64,000 nucleotides of DNA from Eledone cirrhosa (GCA_964016885.1 OZ024758.1:12090001-12154000), one strand, 5' to 3'. Counted from the first letter of the stretch, positions 13,314-28,758 are shown. The notes: generated by a model from the letters alone, not told the origin. Made by a program: numbers and translations.

Positions 13314-13723
13314 GTCTAGATTATACCATATTATATTCTTGATATGGCAGTCTAGATTATAACATATTGTGCTCTCTATATGGTAGTCTTGATTAAAACA
13401 TATACTTTCGATATAACAAAAACACAAATCTTAAATAAATTCTCAAGTATTCTTTCAATATTGAAAATGGATAATCATTGTCATCAGATGTTCTTATAAT
13501 CTAAAAGACTTCTAAAGAAAAGAATGTAGTTAACGTTCTTTAATCACTGAAGAAAATGACGTCTGTGTTCTTTCGTTTTTTTGTTTTTTCTATTTCCTAT
13601 TTGGCATGTAGACTTTAATAGCCAGCTCAATGATTTTTCAACTTGCTAATTTATTTAGCTATTTATCATTTAGGTGTCTGTCTTGAGAAATAGAACTGAA
13701 ATCAATAGTAATAAAATCACAAT

Positions 13724-13793
<70 letters not shown>

Positions 13794-13802
13794 TATATAT
13801 AT

Positions 13803-13880
13803 ATTAATAAAAGGAATTCCAACTTTCGAAGTTGGAATTCCTTTTATTAATATAATCCTCTATACACAATCATACAACCC

Positions 13881-13884
<4 letters not shown>
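13803..13884 (+). mobile_element. Palindromic 3' tail (same family as 28455-28685) in (TA)n
   Basis: ATTAATAAAAGGAATTCCAACTTTC|GAAAGTTGGAATTCCTTTTATTAAT perfect hairpin. Confidence 0.75.
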
Positions 13885-13946
<62 letters not shown>

Positions 13947-13949
<3 letters not shown>

Positions 13950-14332
13950 ATCAAAAGATGGTTAAAAGAGTTCCATGTATTTTATTATGCACATTTCAAA
14001 AACAAATATCATCATGCAATAACATTTGTGTTTTCATCAGATAAAATAGGAAGACATGATATGAAGGTTAAAAAACACTTGTTAATAGTGCAGTTTTAAA
14101 TCAACATATCTATTTGTTTTTGAAATGCGTATAATAAAATAGATGGAACTCTTTTAACCATCTTTTGATCTTATATATTATGTATACTCCAGTCCTACAA
14201 ACTGTAGAGTGCTTCTTATCCGATATCTGCATTGCTTTATTGTACTACAATAAAACTCACCTCCTACATATATATATATATATATATGTAGGAGGTGAGT
14301 TTTATTGTAGTACAATAAAGCAATGCAGATAT

Positions 14333-14338
<6 letters not shown>
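13947..14338. mobile_element. HHR element with inverted 5' part, 3' tail and inverted re-duplication of the tail across (TA)n
   Basis: Second copy at 54975-55250; arms 13947-14010 and 14112-14171; arms 14217-14267 and 14288-14338. Confidence 0.8.
13978..14048 (-). ncRNA. Type I hammerhead ribozyme
   Basis: TATTTTAT CTGATGA AAACACAAATG..TATTTGTTTTT GAA ATGTGCAT A ATAAAATA; 8-bp stem I; AUA triplet. Confidence 0.75.
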
Positions 14339-14411
<73 letters not shown>

Positions 14412-14567
14412 CTATATATAAATATATATAAGTGTATAAATAAATAAATATTTTTACTGAACGTGTTAATGGGTTCAGTCGCCTTCGTTGACTCCATGTC
14501 TAGATTGATTGGAATAGCAACATATCTCATATGAACCTTCTCATTCGTTAAGCATATTTGAATTAAT

Positions 14568-14757
14568 TAATTGTTTCTACTTTAGGCACAAGGCCAGCAA
14601 ATCACCCAGTATATTACTGGTACTTTATTTTATCGACCCCGTAAGGATGAAAGGCAAAGTCAACCTCAGCCGGATTTGAACTCAGAATGGCAAGGGCCGT
14701 AACTCTATGCGTCAAAGCATAGTGTCCGACCCTCTACCGATACTGCCAATCCACCGC
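14568..14757 (-). mobile_element. Meta-type SINE, full length
   Basis: A-box, B-box, core and tail. Confidence 0.9.
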
Positions 14758-15087
14758 ACTTATTTGAGTAGGCGCCCATATTTAATTTAATTTTCTGTGA
14801 ATTTATTTCGGTAAACACCTTGCATATAAAAAAATCAATGCATCCAGAATATATCACAATTATCATTTATTCTTATCTTATATATACAGACCTGTTAAAT
14901 CTCCACGTCCAACAATTCCAAGTATACTAGATTATAGTATGCTTTCTTCTAATAAAATAGAATATTTAGTGTTAAGATATTGACGTAACCTGAGCATGAC
15001 CTTATAACCGTAAGCGAAAAGAAATTTTCCATTTATTAACATATTTAATATTAATATTATAATACTCCAGATAAATTTTTTCAGATA

Positions 15088-18233
<3,146 letters not shown>

Positions 18234-18235
18234 GG

Positions 18236-18415
18236 GAAAATAGTCAGAACACCGACGGCTGAGCTCCGGCCATTTCGACAGCTAGATCCGAATTCAGTTC
18301 GGATCTAGCTGTCAAAACGGCCGAAGTTCAGCCGTCGGGGTCCTGACTCTTTTCTTATTACCCACTCTACTACACTAAATAAAGAGTACTCTGGTGCGTT
18401 ATGGTCCACATGGTA
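18236..18415 (+). mobile_element. Family F3 palindromic element hinged on HHR stem II
   Basis: GACAGCTAGATCCGAA ttcag TTCGGATCTAGCTGTC; 3' tail with ACTCT..AGAGT hairpin and TGGTCCAC. Confidence 0.75.
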
Positions 18416-18496
18416 TATGTGTGTGTCTGTATGGTATATATGTGTGTGTATTGTATCTATGTACACATGTCATTACAAACTTATTATTATTATAGC

Positions 18497-18677
18497 TTGG
18501 CAGTATCGGTAGAGAGTCGGACATCATGCTTTGACGCATAGAGTTACGGCCCTTGCCATTCTGTGTTCAAATCCCGCCGAGGTTAACTTTGCCTTTCATC
18601 CTTACGGGGTCGATAAAATAAAGTACCAGTAATGTACTGGGTAATTGCTGGCCTTGTGTCAATAGTAGAAACAATTA
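18497..18677 (+). mobile_element. Meta-type SINE
   Basis: A-box, B-box and core. Confidence 0.9.
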
Positions 18678-18685
18678 TAGCTCTT

Positions 18686-20381
18686 CACCGTGTAACAAAA
18701 AAAAAAATGTTTTCTCTGTTCCTAGCTTGTAATCACTTTTTTTGTGTTGCTTAGATCCCAAATAAATAAAAAAAAAGTGCTATTAAACAGTTAAAAGTTT
18801 GGGTTTGTAAAAATTCTAAGCTATTCACTTGAATTATTTGTATGCTGCATTTTACCTTGTATGTAAGTTTAATTTGCTTATGTAAATGATTTTTTATATA
18901 TGTTTCAGGTCAAATTAAAATTATAAAATAAAGAGTAATGCCTAAAGAAAATTATAAAAGTGCAATAAAGTATAAAATTGTTAAAAAGTGGATTAAAGAG
19001 AGTTATTGATACTGGATTTGCGCACCCTGAAGTAAGTCGTGTTTTAACCATTCGTCTTTAGGATGAAGCAGTGGAACTTGGTCAAGGAGGAAGTGCAGGT
19101 GACAAGTTACAGAAGTCCAGGCGAACCTTTCTCAGGCTTTTACACTCTTAGGGATGGCCTCTGCTTCTGCCATGACATGCCTGGACTGTTTGACGTTATT
19201 GGGGTGCCGTTCATGCCCAAGGAGTGGCGGCTATTTATAGACAGCTCCACCACAAGTTTGAAGGCTGTCCTCCTACACGATGGAAACAAGTTCCCGACAC
19301 TGCCCCTAGCTCATTCAGTCTTCCTGAAGGAAGATTACTATAGTGTTAAAGTCCTCTTGGAATCTCTGCAATACAACCAGTACAATTGGGAAATCATTGG
19401 AGACTTCAAGATGGTGGCTTTCCTGCTTGGACTCCAAGGAGGCTTTATCAAATTCCAATGCTTCCTCTGCCTTTGGGATAGCAGAGCCACCTCTGACCAC
19501 TACAAAAGAAAGAACTGGGAGCAACGAACAGAATTTGTAGTTGGGACCGGAACGTCATGTGGGAGCCACTGATTCATCCCAGGATTGTGTTCATGCCGCC
19601 ACTGCACATTAAGTTGGGGTTGATGAAGCAGTCTCTTTTAAGTACCTTCTTGAGTTATTCCCCAAGTTATCTGAGGCCAAAATCAAAGGTGGAATTTTTG
19701 TCGGACCTCTGATAAAGAAGGTGTTTGAGTCTACCGAGTTCTCCAATAAGCTCAATCGGATTGAGAGAACAACATGGAACTGTTTCAATGGCTTCTTGGG
19801 CAACTACAGAGCTGAAAACTACCAGCAACTGGTGCAGGATCTGATAAAGGCTTTTGGCGCCATGGGATGCAGGATGTTGCTTAAACTCCATATGCTGGAC
19901 GCTCACCTGGAAAATTTCAAGGACAATATGGGCGCCTACTCAGAAGAACAAGGCGAACCATTCCACCAAGATGTGAAAGAGATAGAGCGGAGGTACCAGG
20001 GCCACTACAATGAAAAAATGATGGGGGACTATATCTGGGGGCTAGTGCGGGAATGCGACCTGGACTACAACCGCAAATCCAGGAAATCCAGTCATTTCTG
20101 ACGTGTATAAGTTGCTTTATAAGTGTTATTTGTTTTTACTTGTTTGCTTTTGATAAGCTTGTGTAATAAAATAAATATATACTCTGTTGATTTGATTATA
20201 TGAACTGATAAATTTTTTTTAAATGTGTTTTTTCTTGAAAAATATGAAAATTTCGAAATATCAAACTCCTGACCACAAACCCAAACTTCTGATTAAATAA
20301 TAGTGTTTTTTATAATAATGGGATATAACAAACCAGTAAATAACACTTAGAACCGGGGAACAAAAAATATGTTACACGGTG
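18686..20381 (+). mobile_element. Chapaev3-type (CMC superfamily) DNA transposon, internally deleted
   Basis: Perfect 12-bp TIR CACCGTGTAACA/TGTTACACGGTG enclosing transposase remnants. Confidence 0.8.
19063..20101 (+). pseudogene. Frameshifted Chapaev3-type transposase (catalytic C-terminal part)
   Basis: EWRLFIDSS..SLKAVLLH, GLQGGF..CFLCLWDSR, PPLHIKLGLMKQ (shifted frame at ~19595-19631), KLSEAKIKGGIFVGP, SEEQGEPFHQD, MMGDYIW. Confidence 0.8.
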
Positions 20382-21349
20382 TTATCGTCATTATTATCAT
20401 CATCATCATAACCATTATTGTAATTAATTGAAAATGTATATATCAAATTATGTAGTCTACATTTCCAATATCTTTCCGGCTTACGGAGTTTCCATTGTAC
20501 GGACTATTGTATCACATTCCCTCTGTGTCTAGATAAATCAATTGTGAATTGTTATTTTACAGCATCTTACAATGTCCAATATCGGTTAGGAAATTAGATG
20601 TTTAGCTACAATACCCTCTCATGTGCTATTTCCGATTACTTAAGATTTCTTACAATTCCAGACATTTTATGATGTCAGTAAAGGAGTTATTCCTACATAA
20701 ATTGTTTTATTGTATTGTACACGTACATACTTTCTGACATACTTTCTATATTTTACATAAATATTTACATATTTTCTATATTTTACAGTTCACTTTCCAG
20801 GTTTCTCCCTCTTTATTTGCATCACTTCATATATCTTCTTTTCTCTTTTATTTAAACTTTTCATATTTTGTTAGTCTTTTAGACCAATTTCCATTGCTTT
20901 CTCTTATATATTTAGTGTTAACTTTTGACATTTTAAGGTTTTCCTACTGACAAAAGATGAAGAGGAATTGTAGTTTAATACCATTAGTCTATCGTAGTCA
21001 TATAGATTACATTTTATGTCAATTAAAGATACACATTTCGAATGACATCATATTAATGCCATATTTATATTATACTCTTAAATATTTATATTTCGGATAT
21101 CATTAAATAAGCTCAGTTGAACTCGATTGAAGATCCAACCATATCATTTGGAGATGGTCGCTTCTGATAGAATCTTCTCGAAGGCATCTTTGAATATTCC
21201 TTTCATCTTTCTATACACAATGTAAGATATCTTACAATTTTGAGGTATTCTGCGTTGGTTTCAAATTATTATTTGTAATAGTTTTAAGTAAGACTTTGCA
21301 TTATATCTCCTTGAAGATATGATTAATATATTTATAAATTATTTACTGT

Positions 21350-21579
21350 AAAGTGATCGTGTAGTTGTCACGACGAAAAGCACCCAGCTCACACTGTAAA
21401 GTGGACGTGTAAAACACGCGGCAAAAAGCACCCAGCACAGTCTGTCAATGAGGTTGGCGTTAGGAAGGGCACCCAACCGTAGAAAAGCAGCCCCAAAACA
21501 TCCACCGACACTGTCAAGTGCAAGTGTAAAAGACACGACAAAAAGCACACAACACACACTGTTAAAGTGGTTGGCGTTA
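21350..21579 (+). mobile_element. Internally repeated SINE/RTE-related fragment
   Basis: Three imperfect units of CGTGTAAAA.ACACG.CAAAAAGCACCCAGC plus GTTGGCGTTAGGAAGGGCA. Confidence 0.4.
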
Positions 21580-22177
21580 AATGAATTTAATTATAATAAT
21601 AAATATTTTCAGGTATCGAGAGTGCTTTATGAGTATATTTCCTCTGAGGGATTCATATTTTTAACAACTAATGCAACGTAGTAACCATGATTATTGGAGA
21701 ATTAACAAACATTCCACTTGTACCAACATTTAATAGATATTTCTTGCCTGCAGATTTATAGGATAGTTAAATCAATATTTTGAAAGCTCTTGTTTGTAAC
21801 GATATACACCTTAATTGCTCTGTACATTATACATGCCTTCGGGAACTAGAAGGCTGTATAACCAATATTATCACATGTAATATTAAACGTTGAAAATAGA
21901 ATTCAATTTATATGCGTTTATATATAAATGTTTGATTCGATTAAGTTTAATTTCGGTATAAATGTAATTTTTACAGCGATTATGAAAATATCATTTGCGT
22001 CTGTGTGTGTATATGTTTGATTATTTGGTGTTTACTCAATAAATTACAAGATTTAGAAGCATCGGGGAAAATGTGATGACAGATTCACAGGTAACAGACA
22101 GATAGTGATCAATCTCAATCCCGTTATTAATGACTGGAGGAAATGTTATGATAAATGAAATAGATTCATATATATAT

Positions 22178-22218
<41 letters not shown>

Positions 22219-22670
22219 GAGTATACCAACATCTCATACTGTAATATATACTGTAATATACATAAATTCAGAGTTATGCTGGCAAGCGCTCCATAGTTAA
22301 AAGGCCAGAGCTAAACAATATGTTAAAACGCAATACAAACTGAAAAAGTGGTCAAGTGGTAACCACCTAAGCCAAAAAGCAAATCAAGCTAAACAGGTCA
22401 AACAAAATAAATGATAAAAAACCAGACCTGGACCCATTGGAATTGATGGTAAAATCCAAATGCATGGTTTCTATGACACCTAAATCAATAATACTGTCTG
22501 CTTAAAACTATAAGCTTTTGGTATAATGATCGAACAAGGAATATCACGTTATCAACAGGTATTTTGCTCTGTACCAACTTTGTGAATGACGTAGAGCCTT
22601 GTAAAAGCACATGCGTAACTCACTTAATATCACTTATATATATATATATATATATATTTATTTATTTATT

Positions 22671-22840
22671 TATTAAATAACAGATTAAAGTTTAAGCAAA
22701 GAATCGCTGCTTTCACCCTTAACGGGATCTTCAGAAGATCCCGTTAAGGGTGAAAGCAGCGATTCTTTGCTTAAACTTTAATCTGTTATTTTAATAAATA
22801 TTTGCTCTACGGTTCTTATATATTTGATATATATTTATAT
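22671..22840. mobile_element. Family F1 palindrome centred on the HHR-like core (CTTC-A-GAAG, centre 22733)
   Basis: ~60-bp near-perfect arms; the minus strand reads CTGAAGA TCCC GTTAA GGGT GAAAG. Confidence 0.8.
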
Positions 22841-23297
22841 CTAAATGAAAATATAGAAATTAATGTGAGCAAGAGGCTAACAGTATTTCATAATATATAA
22901 GTGACTATAACGTCAAAATGGAAAATAATTAACGTAAGATATGAGAAAATAATTCAAACTCAATTAAAAAAAAAATCAAGACAAAGATTTTATCCACAGA
23001 TTTTGTGAAATCCAGGGAAAAAAACCAATAGAGTCTTAACTCAGAATAAAATAAAGCTTAAATACTCATCCTTCAATTTGGAAAAACTACAAATACTCTA
23101 TATAGTCTTAAAAAGACTATTTCACGAAACTTTTCAGTGGGATTGGTCACGGTTGGAATCGTTCCTGAGTAGAGCTCAAACACGATAACCCTAAGGCCAC
23201 TGCCAAAATATGCCAAAAAGGGAATTTAAAAGCAGGCTAGTTCACGTCGTGCGGATTTATGAAAAGAAACACACATGGAGAGACATGGCTGGTGACG

Positions 23298-23554
23298 TCA
23301 GAATGAGAGGAATGTCTATTTACAAGAAACAGCAGTCAAAAACATTCCGAAATACTATTATAATTCTGAGACCTATTATTTCTTCTAAGTCTAAGTTGAC
23401 AACAAGACATCTTCACTCTTCTTCGCTAAGTGTAAATAATTGTATTTAGCTGGTGTTGGTTAGGGTTAGAGAAGACATTTGATATGTCTAGTGGAGTTCA
23501 AACACAGGGTAAATGTGTGGCTTGTGGGAGTGGTGTATTCATATGGTGGCGTGA

Positions 23555-23612
<58 letters not shown>

Positions 23613-23814
23613 TCACGCCACCATATGAATACACCACTCCCACAAGCCACACATTTACCCTGTGTTTGAACTCCACTAGACATATCAAATGTCTTCTCTA
23701 ACCCTAACCAACACCAGCTAAATACAATTATTTACACTTATCGAAGAAGGGTGAAGATGTCTTGTTGTCAACTTAGACTTAGAAGAAATAATAGGTGCCA
23801 GAAATATAATAGTA
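23298..23814. mobile_element. Degenerate HHR element with ~205-bp inverted duplication around (TA)n
   Basis: Arms 23353-23557 and 23611-23814; TCAGAAT..GGAATGT..ACATTCC GAAA..ATTCTGA matches stem I, stem II and GAAA with a damaged core. Confidence 0.7.
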
Positions 23815-24095
23815 TACTTAAACACTTTATTATCCAAAAGGTCAGAAGCCTAGAGCTGCGTGTATATGTCTATGTGTGTATGGGGTGAGGGGAGAATAGA
23901 TTGAAATATCAAATTAATGTATTGTCACAAAACTGTTGATGTGGGACTAATTAGATCGAAGTTATTAGAACACACTGTTTGTATATATATATAAAATATA
24001 TATATACATATATATGTGAGTTTGTGCCTGTATGTGTGTGCATATATATACGTGTCAATAAATTCCTTTCAACTAAACTGTATCCATTCAAATCT

Positions 24096-24146
<51 letters not shown>

Positions 24147-24538
24147 GGTGTGTAAAACACATCTGCTTATTTCAATTTCCCTCTAGTGCGTTGATCTACA
24201 GAAACCATTCTTAAAAGTTCCGTATACTAGCATTTTAACCTGTTAATTTTCTGTTTCCTTGCTTAAGAATATTTGTGTACTTGTCTTCAGATGATACCCC
24301 AAAGATAACCGAAATTAATTACTAAAACCTCTTCTGTGTCTTTCCACGGTCACATTGATGTTCAATCTTTTCTTAACTTGATAATGTGTTCATTAATCAT
24401 ATAAGCAAACACCTGCAAGGCCTAATAGATTAATTTATACATTGTTGTAGATCTGAATTTACATACATTTGTCGTGGAAATTTCTCTCTATTTCCCTTCT
24501 GTCTTGTCTCTATCTATTTCTCTCTCTGTCTCTCTGAT

Positions 24539-24613
<75 letters not shown>

Positions 24614-24617
<4 letters not shown>

Positions 24618-24817
24618 TTAATATAGATGAGGTTCTACAGGACTAGAACTGTTTCATTCTTTAGAAATCATCAGAAATCATCAGGATTCCTGATGATTTC
24701 TAAAGAATGAAACAGTTCTAGTCCTGTAGAATCTCATCTATATTAAAACTTTTATACTCTGCTATGTATTGAGTACCTTACTTACTGTGGTTACCTCCGA
24801 TTCAACCCGGAATAACG
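24614..24817. mobile_element. Palindromic HHR element; core CTGATGA TTTC TAAA GAAT GAAAC AGTT on both strands
   Basis: Arms 24614-24685 and 24689-24750; TACTC..GAGTA hairpin at 24755-24775; fragments at 26817-26862 and 33365-33404. Confidence 0.8.
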
Positions 24818-24858
24818 TATATATATATATATATATATAAATATATATATAATATATG

Positions 24859-24903
<45 letters not shown>

Positions 24904-24986
24904 TATATATATATAATATATGTATTATATATATATATATATTAAAGTAGCAGATTAAAGTTGAAGCAAAGAATCGTTCTTTTCAC

Positions 24987-25048
<62 letters not shown>

Positions 25049-25814
25049 TGTGACTTTCTAAGATATATTAGTTCCGTTCAACTTCAGTAGTTAAGAAGAA
25101 TATATCTTAATTTGTAAAACGTAAACTGTATCTTGAAATGAAAAGAGAGAGAGTGAGAGATAGAGAAGGAACAGTAGTGGGAGACATACAGAAAAATGTG
25201 GCTAGGTAATGCTGAAGTCATTATAATTAAATGTTCTCTTATATTCAGTCTTATAATTGATTAGTTTCTTCGAGCGAGAGCAACAGTATGAATGATAAAT
25301 ATTTTCATATAATCAACACTTATTTCAAACTTCAAACGTCTCCAGTATATGAACGAGACATCTTTTGGAAATCAGCACTGATGTCGAATTTGGATTAATT
25401 AACTTTATATTGTATATATATTATTAAAACAAAAGCGCCAAATACTTACAAATAATATATATATATATATATATATATATGCTTAAATGTGTATTTGTAT
25501 TTGAGTGTGTGAGGTTATATATGTATATGTAAGCAGAATAGCGGTTCTTATTAAAGGCATATTCGTTTTAATAGGATACAATAGGATTTCTCTAAAAGAT
25601 AAATCCATTTTAAACCTTCTTCCGTTAGCTTTCTGCCAAAACAAGTACGAGAAGCATGTTCGAAAAACAAGCAAGGCTATATATCCCTTAATGATTATAG
25701 TTAGAGAAAAACTAACCAGCTGACGAAGACCTTGATTAGTTTAATTAATTAACAAATTTTCAATGAAAAACATAACATAAGCCTACGGAGCAACTCAATA
25801 TAATATGTCAAAAC

Positions 25815-26244
25815 CCCAAACAATAATACAGACGGACAATAAATTAGATCACAATAGGCCTGACCTGGTGGTTTTGCACAAGGAAAAAAGATCGTGCCTG
25901 ATTGTAGATGTAGCCTGCCCATTTGACACGAGAGTACAAGAAAAAGAGAGGGAGAAAACTAACCAATACCAGGACTTAGTGGGAGTTTAAAAGGATTTGG
26001 AACTGCCATGAAATCAAGATCATCCCGATTGTCATAAGCACACTAGATACTATCTCAAAGAGTTTCCAAGGATGGTTAAAGAAGATTAGTCCAGCCCCGC
26101 TTTTTGGAACACTTCAAAAGGCATGCTTGCTGGGAACAGCAAGAACCCTCCGATACGTCCTGAATATCTGAGGCTGCAGGTAGCGGCTTGATATTCATCT
26201 TAACAAACTTTCCAGTTAAATAAAATCAATGACTGAGACTCAAA

Positions 26245-26246
<2 letters not shown>
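25815..26246 (+). mobile_element. R4/Dong-like LINE 3' end (restriction-like endonuclease) abutting (AAT)n
   Basis: QTDNKLDHNRPDLVV..LIVDVACPFD..EK..YQDL, then a shifted IIPIVI..LQKACLLGTARTLR; (AAT)n at 26247-26306. Confidence 0.75.
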
Positions 26247-26306
<60 letters not shown>

Positions 26307-26774
26307 TCTGAGCTACATTGTTTGTATATATTAAATATCGATATGTCTATAATGTTCTTTATAAATTTCATTGGCGTATGCTGGAATAATTATTGTGACA
26401 AGAATATAGGTATTTCTAAGTAAAGATGTTCCAATTAAGAAAAACAAGGTTATTTTTTCTTCTGTTGCCAGCAATCAACTGACAAATATGTTAATAAACT
26501 TGTCAACAATTTTGATGTTTGAAGAGAAAGGAGCTTGAAGGCGCCCGTAAGATTTATCCACGTGATGAAACTATAACTGTCGGAAGCTTTCAAAGTTTTC
26601 TTTTTGAAAGCAAAACCCTGACACATTCAAACGATTTGTCGGAGCAATATAATCACACATCTAATTAAAGCGACGCAGTATGTATGATTATGTATGTGTT
26701 TTATATACATCTATACACACAAATACACAATTTCACACATATACGTATGCCCGCACCTCCTCACACACGAACAC

Positions 26775-26817
<43 letters not shown>

Positions 26818-26864
26818 AATTTAATATAGAAATGGTTTCTACATAACTAGAACTGTTTCATCGG

Positions 26865-27190
26865 CTGACAAGAATATATCTGGAAAAGCAATAGTAATGT
26901 CAAAATACAAAAACCTGGAAATGGAGATCAGCCAAGTCGCATGTGGAGGATGACCACAAACACTATCCCTGTGGTAATAGGAACATTACGATTAATACCC
27001 AAACATCAGACCTGCACCTTAGCTAGCTTCCTTCCCTGCAAGATCAACAAATATGAGCTACAGAAGATCGGGCTACTAGGAACAGTAAACATTGTCAGGG
27101 GAGGTATCTCTCTCTCTCTCTACAATGAAAACCTCTATTGCCCAAGGTTCAAGGTCTGAACCCGGCAACGGAGAAACAGAACTGATCTAA
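26865..27190 (+). mobile_element. Second RLE-type (R4-like) LINE 3' end abutting (CAA/CAG)n
   Basis: KYKNLEMEI..MW..TIPVVIGTL..LQKIGLLGTVNIVR; repeat at 27191-27283. Confidence 0.65.
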
Positions 27191-27191
27191 A

Positions 27192-27222
<31 letters not shown>

Positions 27223-27721
27223 AGCAACAGCAGCAGCAACAACAGCAACAGCAACAGCAACAACAACAACAACAACAACAACAAGAAAAAGAATACTGTT
27301 ACAACATTGCTTTTGATAACTTTAGTGAAAAGTAAATATTTATTTCTCAGGAAATGTTATTCATGGAAATTATTGATTCGAAGAATATCAAATGTGTTGT
27401 AAGCTTATTTGAATTTCTGTAATCAATAGTTTATGCTTTTTTTAGACATTTTGAGACCTTAAGCCAATATGGCAATGTAGAAGGGTCTTTGCAGTTTTCA
27501 GGTCCACCATGAAATGTTCTTGAAAAATGTTGGCAGGTGTGTGAACCACAGCGGTAATTATAGAGAACAACATAAAGTTGGACGCAGTTTGATGAGCATT
27601 TCAAATCATTTGCACATTTCTGCCAGCCTGGAAGGAATATGAAAATATTTTGATTAAATACAAATGTATATAAGAATAATATTATATACCATTATATACT
27701 ATTATATAATGGTATATAATT

Positions 27722-28107
27722 AGGGCGGTGGATTGGCAGTAACGGTAGAGGGTCGGACGCCATGCTTTCCAGCATGCTTTCCCTTTACGATCTGAGTTCA
27801 AATCCCGCCGAGGTTGACTTTGCCTTTCATCCTTACGGGGTCGATAAAATAAAGTACCATTAATGCACTGGGTAATTGCTGGCCTTGTGCCTAAAGCAGA
27901 AACAATTATATACTATTATACACTATTATGTATTGTCAATTAGAAGGTCGGACGCCTTGCTTAGCAGTATAGAGTTACGTCACTTTACGGTCTGAGTTCA
28001 AATCTCGCCGAGGTTAACTTTGCCTTTCATCCTTACGGGGTCTATAAAATAAGGTACCAGTAATGCACTGGGTGATTACTGGCCTTGTGCCAAAAGTAGA
28101 AACAATT
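27722..28107 (+). mobile_element. Two tandem Meta-type SINEs (27722-27907 full; 27941-28107 5'-truncated)
   Basis: A-box, B-box and core. Confidence 0.9.
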
Positions 28108-28293
28108 ATATATTGTCAATTAGATACAAATGTATATAGGCATACTATGATATACTATTATGTTGTAATATATATTGTAAATTATATAAAAAGTTTCAGA
28201 AGATCCCATTAAGGGTGAAAGCAACGATTCTTTGCTTAAACATTAATCTTTTATATGAATATATATATATTTATATATATTTATATATATATA

Positions 28294-28351
<58 letters not shown>

Positions 28352-28395
28352 TTGGATTTTAGTCTTCAAATTTATTATTATTACTATATATATAA

Positions 28396-28435
<40 letters not shown>

Positions 28436-28611
28436 TATATATAGATAGATAGATAAATATACACGGGTGTGTATGATTGTGTATAGAAGATTATATTAAT
28501 AAGAGGAATTCCAACTTTGTCTGATTTACTCGTTTTATTTACAATCCTTTAAAATTTATAATGGTATTATAATGAAATAGTATGATAGAATATTAAATGT
28601 TAAGTGTTAAT

Positions 28612-28650
28612 TGAACAAGTACGTTCATGCTTTCGCAATCTTCAGGTTCA
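28612..28650 (-). ncRNA. Minimal hammerhead ribozyme with A15.1->C change (element 28455-28685)
   Basis: TGAAC CTGAAGA TTGC GAAA GCAT GAA cGTACT T GTTCA; perfect 5-bp stem I. Confidence 0.65.
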
Positions 28651-28685
28651 TAATGTGTGGTGACAGTCAAGTTAGCAATTTTCAA

Positions 28686-28758
28686 TATATATATATATAT
28701 ATATAAATAAATATAAATATATATATATATATAAATATATATATAAATATTTTTATAT

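Noticed and set aside
13440-13492. CTGATGA...GAAAG AATA CT T on the minus strand
   Set aside because: Stem I cannot form and stem II is marginal; likely chance.
13803-13852. CGAAAG at the palindrome centre as an HHR remnant
   Set aside because: The sister copy (28500-28525) shows native CAGACAAAG here and its HHR lies ~90 nt further upstream, so this hinge is not ribozyme-associated.
25715-25742. CTGACGAAGACC as a possible HHR 5' half
   Set aside because: No GAAA or stem III follows.
27722-27812. tRNA gene
   Set aside because: The A and B boxes belong to SINE heads, with abnormal spacing and no cloverleaf or terminator.
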